A stretch of 64,000 nt of DNA from Candidatus Krumholzibacteriota bacterium (GTDB lineage: Bacteria; Krumholzibacteriota; Krumholzibacteriia; Krumholzibacteriales; Krumholzibacteriaceae), in NCBI GenBank assembly GCA_016933255.1, contig JAFGBF010000008.1, positions 7,772-71,771 of the forward strand. Reading direction: 5' to 3'. Position 1 is the first letter of the stretch; each line of letters opens with the position of its first letter. Below are positions 8,446 through 20,582 of this stretch, one piece after another. A program made the position numbers and the translations under genes. Below the pieces are notes generated by a model. That model ran no database searches. It saw only the letters and a program-made list of their open reading frames with translations, and had not been told where the DNA came from.

Positions 8446-10521
8446 TTGAGAAAGTATGAAATCGACAACATACGAAACATTGTTTTCGTCGGTCATCAAT
8501 CATGTGGAAAGACGATGCTGTGTGAAGCTGTTCTTTATAATGCCGGGGTGACAAACAGGATAGGCAGGATCGAGGATGGGAATACCGTAATGGACGCCTC
8601 TCCCGACGAGATAGAAAGACAGATATCGATTAACGCGGGACTGGCATCCTGCGAGTTCAAGAAATGCAAATTAAACCTTCTGGATGCTCCCGGATACGAG
8701 GATTTTATTGGCGAAGTCATGTCCTGCCTCGAGGTGGCCGAAGCTGCCATGGTCGTCGTAAGCGCGGACAGCGGAGTAGAGGTCGGCACTGAAAAAGTAT
8801 GGCGGAATCTCGAACGTAGAAAATTTCCAAGGATGGTCTGCATTAACAGGATGGACAAGGAACATGCCGATTTTGAGAAGTGCCTTTCCGAGGTGCAGGA
8901 AAGCCTCAGTTCCAGGATCATGCCGGTAGTCCTTCCTGTGGGGCAGGGTGATTCGTTCAAAGGCCTGGTCGATCTTGTAAGAAAAAAAGCTTATATCTAT
9001 TCATCGGGCGGAAAATTCACAGAGGAAGAGGTCCCCTCCGATATGGCCGAAAAGGTCAATGAATGGCGGCAGAAGCTGATGGATTTTGCCGCCGAAGCAG
9101 ACGATTCCCTTCTTGAAAAGTTTCTTGAAGGCGGGGAACTTGACGACGCCGAACTTGCTCAGGGTCTGAGTGAAGGCTGTAAGGCAGGTACTCTGGTTCC
9201 TCTTATGGCAGTTTCCTCTGTTGAAAATGTAGGAGTGAAACAGTTGATGGATGCGATGACCACTATGTTTCCTTCTCCGGCCGGCAGGAAAGAGATTGAG
9301 GCAAGGACAGATTCCGGGGAGATAAAAAAGATCAAGATCAGCCCTTCGGAACCGACGCTGGCATTCATATTCAAGACGCTTTCGGAAAAGCATATTGGAG
9401 ATATAGCCTATCTGCGCACGTTCTCCGGTGATCTGGCAGTGGGAAGTGAGCTTTACGATTCCAGCGCGTCATCATCGGAACGGATCGGCCAGTTGTACGT
9501 GATCCAGGGCAAGGAACGTCTGGAAGTCGATTCGATCCCGGCTGGTGATATCGGCGGTGCCGTGAAACTTAAGAATGCCAAAGTCAACCATACTCTATGC
9601 AGGAAATCAGATAATATCGTACTGAAGGGGATCGATTTTCCGAAGCCCTCGCTGCGTACCGCGATAGAGGCTAAAGCGCTGGGCGATATGGACAAGGTGG
9701 GAGCCGGGCTCCATAAGCTTTCCGATGATGATCCCTCTTTTAAAATGGAGATAGATCCCGAACTGCGGCAGACGATCCTTTCAGGTCAGGGCGAACTACA
9801 TTTTGAGGTGATACTTGGAAGGCTCAAGAGAAAATATGGAGTCGAAGTCGAGATGATCCCGCCCGGAATACCTTATCGTGAGACGATTTCAGCTGTCGCT
9901 GAGGCACAGGGAAAACATAAGAAACAGAGCGGCGGCCGCGGGCAGTTCGGTGATGCATGGATCAAGCTCGAACCGATGGAGAGAGAAGGCGGCTTTGAAT
10001 TTGTAAACGCCATCGTCGGGGGAGTCATTCCTACGAAATTTATTCCGGCGGTGGAAAAAGGAATCATCGCGGCGATGAGTGAAGGGGTGCTCGCCGGTTT
10101 TCCAGTCCAGGATGTCAGGGCGACGCTGTATTTCGGATCGTACCATAATGTCGATTCATCTGACGCCGCGTTCAAGATGGCCGGGTCAAAGGGATTCAAG
10201 GCTGCTGTAAAACTGGCGAAACCGGTGATACTGGAACCGATATATGATGTCGAAGTGATTGTTCCGGAAGAGTATATGGGTGATGTTATGGGTGATATGT
10301 CGATGAGACGGGGCAAGATCCACGGTACAGAGCAGGAAGGCAAGATGCAGAGGATCAAGGCTCAGGTCCCTCTTTCCGAACTGTACAAATATGCGACATC
10401 ACTCCGATCGATGACGCAGGGCAGAGCTTCGCATACGCGGGAATTTTCCCACTACGATGTAGTTCCGCATGAGATCGCGCAGAAACTTATTGCAAAGGCT
10501 GAAGCAGAAAAAGAAGAATAA
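8446..10521 (+). CDS. Elongation factor G family GTPase (EF-G paralogue)
   Basis: 691 aa, TTG start with AGGAGG 7 nt upstream. G1 GHQSCGKT, G3 DAPGYEDF, G4 NRMD. The domain IV 'HNVDSSDAAFKMAG' and 'ERQISI' match EF-G. The N-terminus and G motifs are atypical, and the gene is not in an rpsL-rpsG-fusA operon. Confidence 0.8.
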   Translation: MRKYEIDNIRNIVFVGHQSCGKTMLCEAVLYNAGVTNRIGRIEDGNTVMDASPDEIERQISINAGLASCEFKKCKLNLLDAPGYEDFIGEVMSCLEVAEAAMVVVSADSGVEVGTEKVWRNLERRKFPRMVCINRMDKEHADFEKCLSEVQESLSSRIMPVVLPVGQGDSFKGLVDLVRKKAYIYSSGGKFTEEEVPSDMAEKVNEWRQKLMDFAAEADDSLLEKFLEGGELDDAELAQGLSEGCKAGTLVPLMAVSSVENVGVKQLMDAMTTMFPSPAGRKEIEARTDSGEIKKIKISPSEPTLAFIFKTLSEKHIGDIAYLRTFSGDLAVGSELYDSSASSSERIGQLYVIQGKERLEVDSIPAGDIGGAVKLKNAKVNHTLCRKSDNIVLKGIDFPKPSLRTAIEAKALGDMDKVGAGLHKLSDDDPSFKMEIDPELRQTILSGQGELHFEVILGRLKRKYGVEVEMIPPGIPYRETISAVAEAQGKHKKQSGGRGQFGDAWIKLEPMEREGGFEFVNAIVGGVIPTKFIPAVEKGIIAAMSEGVLAGFPVQDVRATLYFGSYHNVDSSDAAFKMAGSKGFKAAVKLAKPVILEPIYDVEVIVPEEYMGDVMGDMSMRRGKIHGTEQEGKMQRIKAQVPLSELYKYATSLRSMTQGRASHTREFSHYDVVPHEIAQKLIAKAEAEKEE

Positions 10522-10547
10522 ACAGTAGACTGCTGCAGGAGGCGTCT

Positions 10548-11303
10548 GTGTCAGGACATTCAAAGTGGAGCACGATAAAAAGAAAAAAAGGGAAGGCCGA
10601 TGCTGAACGCAGCAAGGTTTTCACTAAGCTTATCAAGGAGATCACTGTTTCAGCGAGAGAGGGCGGGGGTGACAAGGACTCCAACCCGAGACTCAGATCG
10701 GCGGTTCAAAGCGCCAAAGACGCTAATATGCCCGTTGCAAATATAGAAAAAGCGATCAAACGGGGAACAGGGGAACTTCCTGGTGTCATCTACGAATCGT
10801 GTACTTTCGAAGGGTACGCGACAGGCGGAGTCGCAGTCCTCGTAGAATCCCTCACCGATAACCGAAACAGGACGACTGCCGAGGTAAGACATATTTTTTC
10901 CAAATTCGGGGGACATCTCGGTGAACCCAATTCGGTCTCGTACCTTTTTGAGAGCAAAGGTGTCATCATCATCAGTGAAGATGATGACATTGAGGAGAAA
11001 GTATACGAGATAGCTCTTGAAAACGGGGCTGAAGACGTAAGGTCGGAAAGCGGCCAATACGAGATAATATCTCCGCCGGACACTTTTGAAAATCTCAGGG
11101 AGAAGATAACCGGAGCAGAACTTGTCTGCGAGCTGGCGGAGATATCTCTTCACCCGAAGACGGTCGTCAGCCTGGATCTCGATACCGCGAAATCTGTGAT
11201 AAAGCTGGTCAGCGCTCTTGAGGATAACGATGACGTTCAGAGGGTCAGCGCCAACTTCGATATACCGGATGATGTCATGATCGAGATCGAAAAAGAGTAC
11301 TAG
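10548..11303 (+). CDS. yebC: YebC/PmpR family DNA-binding transcriptional regulator
   Basis: GTG start after AGGAGG. The N-terminus MSGHSKWSTIKRKKG is the YebC signature. Confidence 0.9.
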   Translation: MSGHSKWSTIKRKKGKADAERSKVFTKLIKEITVSAREGGGDKDSNPRLRSAVQSAKDANMPVANIEKAIKRGTGELPGVIYESCTFEGYATGGVAVLVESLTDNRNRTTAEVRHIFSKFGGHLGEPNSVSYLFESKGVIIISEDDDIEEKVYEIALENGAEDVRSESGQYEIISPPDTFENLREKITGAELVCELAEISLHPKTVVSLDLDTAKSVIKLVSALEDNDDVQRVSANFDIPDDVMIEIEKEY

Positions 11304-11369
11304 CATCTCGATATTTTCAAGGGGCGAGTCTGACAGCCTGCCATATTTGTTGAGATAAACGATTATAAC

Positions 11370-11900
11370 GTGATATATCGGGGTGAGAAATTGTCTTTGA
11401 CGGTCGGTATTGATCCGGGCAGCCGGATAACAGGATTCGGTGTTGTGGAGAAAAAGGGAAGCAGCATCGTATATGTCGCCTCGGGGATAATAAGGGTCGA
11501 TACTAAGAAGCCCAAACATCTGAGGCTTATGGATATTAAGACCGGGCTTGATGATGTCATAACACGTCACGAACCATCCGCTATCGCGATAGAAGATATC
11601 TTTGTTGCAAGAAATCCCAAAAGTGCATTAACCTTGGGCGAGGCAAGGGGTGTAGCTCTTCTCGCTTCGGCCGAAGCCGGAGTGGATGTCTTTGAATATT
11701 CAGCGAGAGAGGTGAAGCGGAGCGTGGCGGGTTCCGGAGCTGCTCATAAAAGCCAGGTCGCCTTCATGATAGGAAAACTGCTGATGATGGATAAGGAACC
11801 TGCGACAGAAGACGAGACAGATGCTCTTGCTGTAGCTTTTTGCCATGTGCTCAGAACTTCCGGCATCGCCGGGAGGATTCGATGTATAATAGAGGACTGA
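11370..11900 (+). CDS. ruvC: Crossover junction endodeoxyribonuclease RuvC
   Basis: 'LTVGIDPGSRITGFGVV' matches the RuvC catalytic N-terminus. The true start may be the TTG a few codons downstream. Confidence 0.85.
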   Translation: MIYRGEKLSLTVGIDPGSRITGFGVVEKKGSSIVYVASGIIRVDTKKPKHLRLMDIKTGLDDVITRHEPSAIAIEDIFVARNPKSALTLGEARGVALLASAEAGVDVFEYSAREVKRSVAGSGAAHKSQVAFMIGKLLMMDKEPATEDETDALAVAFCHVLRTSGIAGRIRCIIED

Positions 11901-11961
11901 CCTGCGGTCTCCGTGTCGAAACGGACGCCGGTCCAGTTTCTGGGTATGCCTGGAGGTTGAT

Positions 11962-12567
11962 TTGATTGCGTCGATAGAGGGTCTTATCGCGGAAAAAAGA
12001 GATGCCGGCGTAGTGATCGAGACAGGAGGTTTCGGAATAGATCTCTTTGTCTCGGAGAAGACGCTGTCCGCGCTGGGAGAGGCCGGTGAAAGGGTCCGCC
12101 TTCTTACCTGGCTTTATGTACGTGAGGATCAGCTTTCACTGTTCGGTTTCAGATCTGAAGCTGAAAGAAAGATTTTTCTGTCTTTGATAGGAATATCGGG
12201 GATAGGGCCCAAGGTGGCTCTCGGGATGCTTTCCGTCTCAGACCCCTCGGAGATAGCTGAAGCGATACATCTCGAAGACAGTTCAAAACTGGTGGCGATG
12301 CCGGGTATAGGGAAAAAAACCGCGGACCGGATCATTCTGGAATTAAAAGACAAGATAGATGTCTCGCTTTACGAATTTTCTGAAAAAGGCGGAGGAGTGA
12401 TCTCCGGAAATCAATTGATCGATGAAGCGCTCGCTGCACTTGTGTCTATAGGGCTGAACCGGGCTGGCGCGAGAAAAGTACTGGATGATATCGAGCCGGA
12501 AGAACTCGGAGATTCGTACGGCGTGGAAGATATAGTCCGGATAGCATTGAAAAGGGTATCCACATAG
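11962..12567 (+). CDS. ruvA: Holliday junction DNA helicase RuvA
   Basis: TTG start after GGAGG. 'MIASIEGLIAEK' and the HhH motifs 'GIGPKVALGML' and 'MPGIGKKTADRIILEL'. Confidence 0.85.
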   Translation: MIASIEGLIAEKRDAGVVIETGGFGIDLFVSEKTLSALGEAGERVRLLTWLYVREDQLSLFGFRSEAERKIFLSLIGISGIGPKVALGMLSVSDPSEIAEAIHLEDSSKLVAMPGIGKKTADRIILELKDKIDVSLYEFSEKGGGVISGNQLIDEALAALVSIGLNRAGARKVLDDIEPEELGDSYGVEDIVRIALKRVST

Positions 12568-12588
12568 GATACCGGCAGGAGAGATCGG

Positions 12589-13629
12589 ATGTCTGACAAA
12601 ATGATCACAGATCCCGCTCCGGCGATAGAAGAAATGCAGTCAGAGGCAAGGCTGAGGCCGGTAACTATCGCTGAGTTTGTCGGACAGGAGAGGCTTAAGG
12701 CCAATCTCGAAGTCTTTATCCAGGCTGCGAGACAGAGGAATGAACAGCTCGACCACGTTCTTCTTTATGGGCCTCCCGGGTTAGGAAAGACCACCCTTGC
12801 TCATATTATCGCCAGAGAACTGAACGTCAATATCCGTACATCATCAGGGCCTGTCTTTCAATCCCCGGCAGAACTGCTTGGGATCCTGACGCAGCTTGAA
12901 GCGAAAGATGTCCTCTTTATCGACGAGATCCACAGGTTGGGAAGAGTGGTAGAGGAGCATATTTACCCGGCGATGGAAGAATTCCGTTGTGAATTGATAG
13001 TCGACAAGGGACCGAACGCGAGGCATTATTCTTTGCCGATCGAACCTTTTACCCTCGTAGGAGCGACTACCCGCGCGGGGATGATCACTCCTCCGATGAG
13101 AAGCAGGTTCGGTGTGGTATTCAGGCTCGATTTCTACTCTCCTGATGACCTTCTTAAGATAGTCAAACGTTCTGCGCGCCTTCTTGACATATCGATCGAA
13201 GAAGATGGCGCGGTCGAGATCTCGAAAAGATCCCGCGGAACACCGAGGATAGCAAACAGGCTTCTCAGGAGAGTGAGGGACTTTGCCCAGGTCAAGGGTA
13301 AAGGGTCTATAGACCTCGAAATGTCTGATTACGCTCTCGGCATGCTTGAGGTGGACAGGAGGGGTTTGAATGAAATGGACAGGAGGATCCTTTCTACGGT
13401 CATAGAAAAGTTTTCAGGCGGACCGGTAGGTATAAGTTCGCTTTCTGTCGCTGTCGCAGAGGAAGGCGAGACGATAGAGGATGTATACGAACCGTATCTG
13501 ATCCAGGAGGGGCTGCTTCAGAGGACATCGAGGGGAAGGATCGTGACTGATGCGGGGTATGAGCATATGGAAACGGTTCGCGGCGGTGGTCGGGATTCCC
13601 AGGGTGATTTCTTCAACAGTGACGATTGA
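12589..13629 (+). CDS. ruvB: Holliday junction DNA helicase RuvB
   Basis: Walker A 'GPPGLGKTTLA', 'VLFIDEIHRL' and 'TTRAG'. Follows ruvA. Confidence 0.95.
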   Translation: MSDKMITDPAPAIEEMQSEARLRPVTIAEFVGQERLKANLEVFIQAARQRNEQLDHVLLYGPPGLGKTTLAHIIARELNVNIRTSSGPVFQSPAELLGILTQLEAKDVLFIDEIHRLGRVVEEHIYPAMEEFRCELIVDKGPNARHYSLPIEPFTLVGATTRAGMITPPMRSRFGVVFRLDFYSPDDLLKIVKRSARLLDISIEEDGAVEISKRSRGTPRIANRLLRRVRDFAQVKGKGSIDLEMSDYALGMLEVDRRGLNEMDRRILSTVIEKFSGGPVGISSLSVAVAEEGETIEDVYEPYLIQEGLLQRTSRGRIVTDAGYEHMETVRGGGRDSQGDFFNSDD

Positions 13630-13650
13630 TCGGCAGATCGAAAAATCAAT

Positions 13651-15877
<2,227 letters not shown>

Positions 15878-15906
15878 ATAATTACAAGGATATTCAGTAA
15901 GGAGGA

Positions 15907-16230
15907 GTGATGTCAGGAATTATTTTTGCTCTAAGCGGTGCTCCGCAGTCAGGTGAGGGCAGCAACCCGTTTATGATGTTCGTGCCGATCATCCTTATAT
16001 TCGTCGTTTTCTATCTGATCCTTATAAGGCCTCAGCAGAAGAAGCAGAAAGAACATAAAAACCTGCTTTCTCAGCTGAGAAAAGGTGACAGGGTAGTCAC
16101 AAATGGAGGGATCTACGGGACTATTGTAGATGCCAAGGAACACGTCGCTGTAATCAAGATCGCAGAGAATGTAAAGATCGAGATCGTTAAAAGCGCCATA
16201 GCGACTATTATCGAAAAGAAGGATGAATAG
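15907..16230 (+). CDS. yajC: Preprotein translocase subunit YajC
   Basis: 107 aa with a single TM. 'RKGDRVVTNGGIYGTIVD' is the YajC motif. Follows tgt as in many bacteria. Confidence 0.85.
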   Translation: MMSGIIFALSGAPQSGEGSNPFMMFVPIILIFVVFYLILIRPQQKKQKEHKNLLSQLRKGDRVVTNGGIYGTIVDAKEHVAVIKIAENVKIEIVKSAIATIIEKKDE

Positions 16231-16774
16231 GGTATTCCGGGACTATGGAGATGTGCCAGTGTCTAGGATCAATTTGAAGATCGTCGGAGATAGTATTCTT
16301 CGAAAAAAAGCGGAGAAGGTAGAGGTTTTTGACGAATCATTGAGTAAACTGCTTGATGATATGGTCGAGACGATGATCTTCGAAGGGGGAGTAGGACTGG
16401 CAGCTCCCCAGGTCGGAGTCTCGAAGATGGTTGCTGTCGTAAATCCCGAACCTGAAAACAGCGAGACACTCCTGAGGCTCGTCAACCCGAAGATCACCGA
16501 GACCGGAGCGGAGACTGAGTGTATAGAAGAAGGTTGCCTCAGTGTTCCGGGTATCAGGGGCAACGTCATACGTCCGGTCGTCATCGTGCTGGAATATCAG
16601 GATGAAAAGGGAAATGCCGCCAAAATGCAGATAGATGGGATCGTATCGCGAATAGTCCAGCATGAGCTTGATCATCTTGCCGGTGTACTTTTCACCGACA
16701 GGCTCTCTTTTGCAAAGAAGATGATGATCAAAGGTAAACTGAAGGAACTTGCCCGAAGGACAAAACAGGAGTAG
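16223..16774 (+). CDS. def: Peptide deformylase
   Basis: Motifs 'GVGLAAPQVG', 'EGCLSVPG' and 'QHELDHLAG'. The real start may be GTG 16259 (MSRINLKIV...), which has a GGAGAT SD 6 nt upstream. Confidence 0.85.
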   Translation: MNRVFRDYGDVPVSRINLKIVGDSILRKKAEKVEVFDESLSKLLDDMVETMIFEGGVGLAAPQVGVSKMVAVVNPEPENSETLLRLVNPKITETGAETECIEEGCLSVPGIRGNVIRPVVIVLEYQDEKGNAAKMQIDGIVSRIVQHELDHLAGVLFTDRLSFAKKMMIKGKLKELARRTKQE

Positions 16775-16778
16775 CTTG

Positions 16779-17726
16779 ATGCCGAGAGTGATATTTTTCG
16801 GTTCTCCTGAATTCGCGCTTCCTTCTCTTGAGGCCCTGATACCGACTGAATTCTGCCCTGAATTCGTAGTTACTCAGCCTGACAGGCCCGCCGGGAGAGG
16901 CAGAAACAGCAAACCGACCGCTGTCCGCGCGCTGGCTGAGCAGAACGGTCTTGCCGTAAGGGTGATAAGCAGTTTCAAGGGTGAGGGTGCCGTCGAGACG
17001 CTTACTTCCTCCGGGGCCGATTTCTTCGTTGTAGTGGCATTCGGCCTTATATTTCCGGAAAAGATGCTCAGAATCCCGTCAAAAGAACCGGTAAACCTTC
17101 ACGCTTCTCTGCTTCCTGCCTACAGGGGAGCAAGTCCTGTCAATATGGCTATCAAGGACGGCATGGCATTTACGGGAGTCAGTACTATGAGGATGGTGAA
17201 AGAACTCGACGCCGGTCCCGTCTTTATGCAGGCGGTCGAGCCTGTCGATCCGATGGAAGATGCGGGATCGCTTTCATCAAGGCTGGCGCAAAAAGGCGCA
17301 GGACTCCTTTTAAAGACGCTGAGAGGGATAGAAGCGGGGATCTTGTCTCCTGTAGAACAGCCGCAAGAGGGGTCAAGTACGGTCGGTCTTCTGAAAAAAG
17401 AGGATGGATCGATCCCGTGGGAGAAGAATGCATTGGAAGTACACAATCATATCAGGGGAATGAACCCGTGGCCCGGCAGTCACACATCGTATCAGGGGGA
17501 GTATATAAAGATCCACGGGGCTGAACCTCTTGATCTTATTCCGCGGGGAGCCGATCCGGGGCAGATACTCTCTGCAGCCGGGAATTCGCTTGTCGTTGCC
17601 TGCGGCAGTGGAGCGGTCAGGGTGACGAGGGTTCAGGTTCGGGGTAAAAAGGCGATGGACGCGGAGGATTTTATGAGGGGATATCGGCTTGAAGAGGGCG
17701 GGATATTCGGTAAGGAGACGCGGTAA
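16779..17726 (+). CDS. fmt: Methionyl-tRNA formyltransferase
   Basis: ORF 16749..17726. I chose ATG 16779 (MPRVIFFGSPEFALPSL) because AGGAG lies 7 nt upstream and this start does not overlap def. The 'VVTQPDRPAGRG' and 'NLHASLLPAYRGASP' motifs are present. Confidence 0.85.
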   Translation: MPRVIFFGSPEFALPSLEALIPTEFCPEFVVTQPDRPAGRGRNSKPTAVRALAEQNGLAVRVISSFKGEGAVETLTSSGADFFVVVAFGLIFPEKMLRIPSKEPVNLHASLLPAYRGASPVNMAIKDGMAFTGVSTMRMVKELDAGPVFMQAVEPVDPMEDAGSLSSRLAQKGAGLLLKTLRGIEAGILSPVEQPQEGSSTVGLLKKEDGSIPWEKNALEVHNHIRGMNPWPGSHTSYQGEYIKIHGAEPLDLIPRGADPGQILSAAGNSLVVACGSGAVRVTRVQVRGKKAMDAEDFMRGYRLEEGGIFGKETR

Positions 17727-18472
17727 TGGAAGAAAAAAAGAAAAAGACTTACCATCCGATCCTGTTTTATCTCTCCATTGCGGTGGGGGCGTTCATTGTC
17801 GGTATCTTTATCTTCAACTATCTGATACTGCCGGCTCTCGTCGGCAGGAGAGATGTAGTAATAGTCCCCGATATTACAGGTATGCAGATCGAACCTGCCG
17901 AGAAAATCTGCGGGGAAAAAGGATTAAAGATGATGGTCTCCGGACGGAGGCATTCAGATGAATTTCCTGCAGGGACTGTCATCGAACAGATTCCAAGATA
18001 TGGAGAGAGCCTGAAAGGCAAGAGATCTGTCAGGGTATTTGTAAGTACCGGCAGGGAGCTCGAAGAAGTGCCTGATCTCGTGGGGGTTTCTCCGAGGCAG
18101 GCCGAGTTGACGCTTGAGAACGCCTGTTTTAAGAAAGGCCGGGTCGTAAGGATATTTTCGCATCAGGATGGTGAAAACAGGGTCATCTCTTCGAGTCCTT
18201 CCTCCGGCAGCCTTGCGCCCGTCGGGGCGGAAATAGATATTCTACTGATGATGACAGGGGAGCCGAAGGTTTACCTGATGCCGGATCTTTCCGGAAAAGA
18301 TCTTCTTTTTGTCAAGGAGAGGCTTGAAAGAGGCGGGTTCCACGTGACAAGGGTGGTCAGCAGAAGGGATAGAGACAAGTTTCCCGACACGATCCTGTCC
18401 CAGACTCCTCCTGCCGGGTACTCGATAAAGGAAGGGGGCACTGTTGAACTCGTTGTTTCGACAGTTGACTGA
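17726..18472 (+). CDS. Membrane-anchored PASTA-domain protein (3 PASTA repeats, no kinase or transpeptidase domain)
   Basis: The ATG overlaps the fmt stop (TAATG). One N-terminal TM is followed by three repeats of about 65 aa beginning 'PDITG', 'PDLVG' and 'PDLSG'. Confidence 0.7.
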   Translation: MEEKKKKTYHPILFYLSIAVGAFIVGIFIFNYLILPALVGRRDVVIVPDITGMQIEPAEKICGEKGLKMMVSGRRHSDEFPAGTVIEQIPRYGESLKGKRSVRVFVSTGRELEEVPDLVGVSPRQAELTLENACFKKGRVVRIFSHQDGENRVISSSPSSGSLAPVGAEIDILLMMTGEPKVYLMPDLSGKDLLFVKERLERGGFHVTRVVSRRDRDKFPDTILSQTPPAGYSIKEGGTVELVVSTVD

Positions 18473-19127
18473 TTCAGGCAAGGTTGCTGTAGCTCCTTCA
18501 GTGCTGGCGGCGGATTTTTCGATCCTTGGCAAAGAGATCTCGGATGTCGAGAAGGCAGGCGCCGATTTTCTTCATCTTGATGTAATGGACGGATCTTTTG
18601 TCCCGAACATCTCCTTCGGGCCTATGGTCGTCAAGACGATCTTTCGACAGGCAAAAGTCCCTCTGATAACACACCTTATGATCAATGACCCGCTCAAGTA
18701 CGCCGATATTTTTGTAGATTCAGGTTCTTCAGTTGTAAGCTTTCACCACGAAGCGGTAGATTCCGGTCATATTCAGATAATAGACAAGCTGCATGACAAG
18801 GGATGCGGAGCAGGGATAGCGATCAACCCCGATACACCTCTTTCATCTGTCGAGGATCTTCTCGAAAGGGTCGACCTCCTGCTTCTGATGACTGTCTTTC
18901 CCGGATTCGGGGGGCAGAAATTCATCAGAGACGTCCTTGCCAAGATCGAGGAAGCATCTCTGCTAAAGGAAAAACATCGGTACGGTTATCTGATAGAGGT
19001 CGACGGAGGGATCAACCTGGATACGGCCTCGTCGGTCAGAGATGCCGGCGGACAGATACTTGTAGCCGGTACGGCTGTTTTCGGGGCTGATGACTACTAT
19101 TCCGCGATCTCGGCTATCAGGGGCTGA
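18444..19127 (+). CDS. rpe: Ribulose-phosphate 3-epimerase
   Basis: TTG start with AAGGAAGGGGG 5 nt upstream. Motifs 'VAPSVLAADFSILG', 'LHLDVMDGSFVPN' and 'GAGIAINPDTP'. Confidence 0.85.
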   Translation: MNSLFRQLTDSGKVAVAPSVLAADFSILGKEISDVEKAGADFLHLDVMDGSFVPNISFGPMVVKTIFRQAKVPLITHLMINDPLKYADIFVDSGSSVVSFHHEAVDSGHIQIIDKLHDKGCGAGIAINPDTPLSSVEDLLERVDLLLLMTVFPGFGGQKFIRDVLAKIEEASLLKEKHRYGYLIEVDGGINLDTASSVRDAGGQILVAGTAVFGADDYYSAISAIRG

Positions 19128-19225
19128 TCAGGTTCCTTTTCCCGCCCTGGCATCAAACTGATTTCACTTGCCTGACTCTGGAAATCGTGTTACTTTATGG
19201 CTTTTACGACTGGAAGTGCTGACGG

Positions 19226-20548
19226 GTGTTTCAGGACCTGAGTGAGAAGTTTGCTCGTGTATTCAAGGAGCTGCGCGGCCACGGTAAGGTCCGTGAGGCT
19301 CACATTCATGGCGCGATGAAAGAAGTGCGCAGGGCGCTCCTTGAAGCAGACGTCAATTACAAGGTCGTTAAAGGTTTTATATCGAATGTAAGTGAAAGAG
19401 CTCTTGGTCAGAAAGTACTGGACAGCATTACTCCTGATCAACAGATTATAAAGATAGTACACGAGGAGCTTGTGAAGATCCTCGGCTCGGAACCGTCTGT
19501 TTTCAGGCTTTCCGGGTCGCCTTCAGGGGTGATGGTGTGCGGGCTTCAGGGTGCCGGCAAGACGAGTTTTACAGCTAAACTTGCTGTGCACCTGAAAAAA
19601 AAGGGAAGAAGTCCGCTGCTTGTCGCTGCCGACATATACCGTCCGGCAGCGGTAGAACAGCTTGAGGTCCTCGGAAGAGAGATCGATACTCCTGTCTTTG
19701 CCCCCGGAACAGGCCTTCCGGTCGCGGAGATAGTGAGGCGGGCTGCAGCAGAAGCGAAGAAGAGTTTTCGCGATACGATCATAGTGGATACAGCGGGCCG
19801 TCTTCATATAGACGGTGAGATGATGGCCGAGCTCAGCATTGTGAAGGATATTCTTCGGCCTGAAGAATCCCTTCTGGTTCTTGACAGTATGACAGGTCAA
19901 GAGGCTGTCAATGTTGCTCGGGAGTTTAAAAAAGAGATAGATTTCACCGGTGTAGTCCTTACCAAACTTGATGGGGATACACGGGGCGGTGCTGCGCTGT
20001 CGGTATCCTCAGTAGCGCAGGTGCCGATAAAATTTGTCTGTGTCGGGGAAAAAACGGGAGACCTGGAAGCGTTTTACCCTGACCGGATGGCTGGAAGGAT
20101 CCTGGGAATGGGAGATGTCCTCTCCCTTGTGGAGAAAGCCCAGGAGACTCTGGATGAAAAGATGGTCAAGGAGCTTGAAGGCAAGCTCCTCAAGGAGTCG
20201 TTCACCCTCGAAGACTTCCTTGACCAGCTCCAGCGGCTGAAAAAAATGGGGCCGGTTGATCAGATCCTCGGTATGTTGCCTGGCTTGAAGGCAAAGAATG
20301 CCCTTCCGTCCGGTGTGGGCGAGAAGGAAATGAAAAAGATCGAGGCTATCATCCAGTCGATGACTCCTCTGGAGCGGCGTTCCCCGCAGCTTATCGGAGG
20401 GTCCAGGAAACGCAGGATCGCAAATGGCAGCGGTTCAAGCGTTCAGGATGTGAACCGTCTGCTGAACCAGTTTCAGCAGATGAAGAAGATGATGAAGCGA
20501 TTTTCGAAAGTTGCGGGCAAGATGCCTGTCAGCTTTCCGTTCTCATGA
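19226..20548 (+). CDS. ffh: Signal recognition particle protein Ffh
   Basis: GTG start. 'MFQDLSEKFARVFKELRG', 'GLQGAGKTS', and the M-domain 'RRIANGSGSSVQDVNRLLNQFQQMKKMMK'. Confidence 0.95.
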   Translation: MFQDLSEKFARVFKELRGHGKVREAHIHGAMKEVRRALLEADVNYKVVKGFISNVSERALGQKVLDSITPDQQIIKIVHEELVKILGSEPSVFRLSGSPSGVMVCGLQGAGKTSFTAKLAVHLKKKGRSPLLVAADIYRPAAVEQLEVLGREIDTPVFAPGTGLPVAEIVRRAAAEAKKSFRDTIIVDTAGRLHIDGEMMAELSIVKDILRPEESLLVLDSMTGQEAVNVAREFKKEIDFTGVVLTKLDGDTRGGAALSVSSVAQVPIKFVCVGEKTGDLEAFYPDRMAGRILGMGDVLSLVEKAQETLDEKMVKELEGKLLKESFTLEDFLDQLQRLKKMGPVDQILGMLPGLKAKNALPSGVGEKEMKKIEAIIQSMTPLERRSPQLIGGSRKRRIANGSGSSVQDVNRLLNQFQQMKKMMKRFSKVAGKMPVSFPFS

Positions 20549-20582
20549 AACCATTATGTTGAGTAGTCAATGGAGGTAGGAA

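Noticed and set aside
10650-11570. 306-aa minus-strand ORF
   Set aside because: It lies antisense to yebC and ruvC. It is a shadow ORF.
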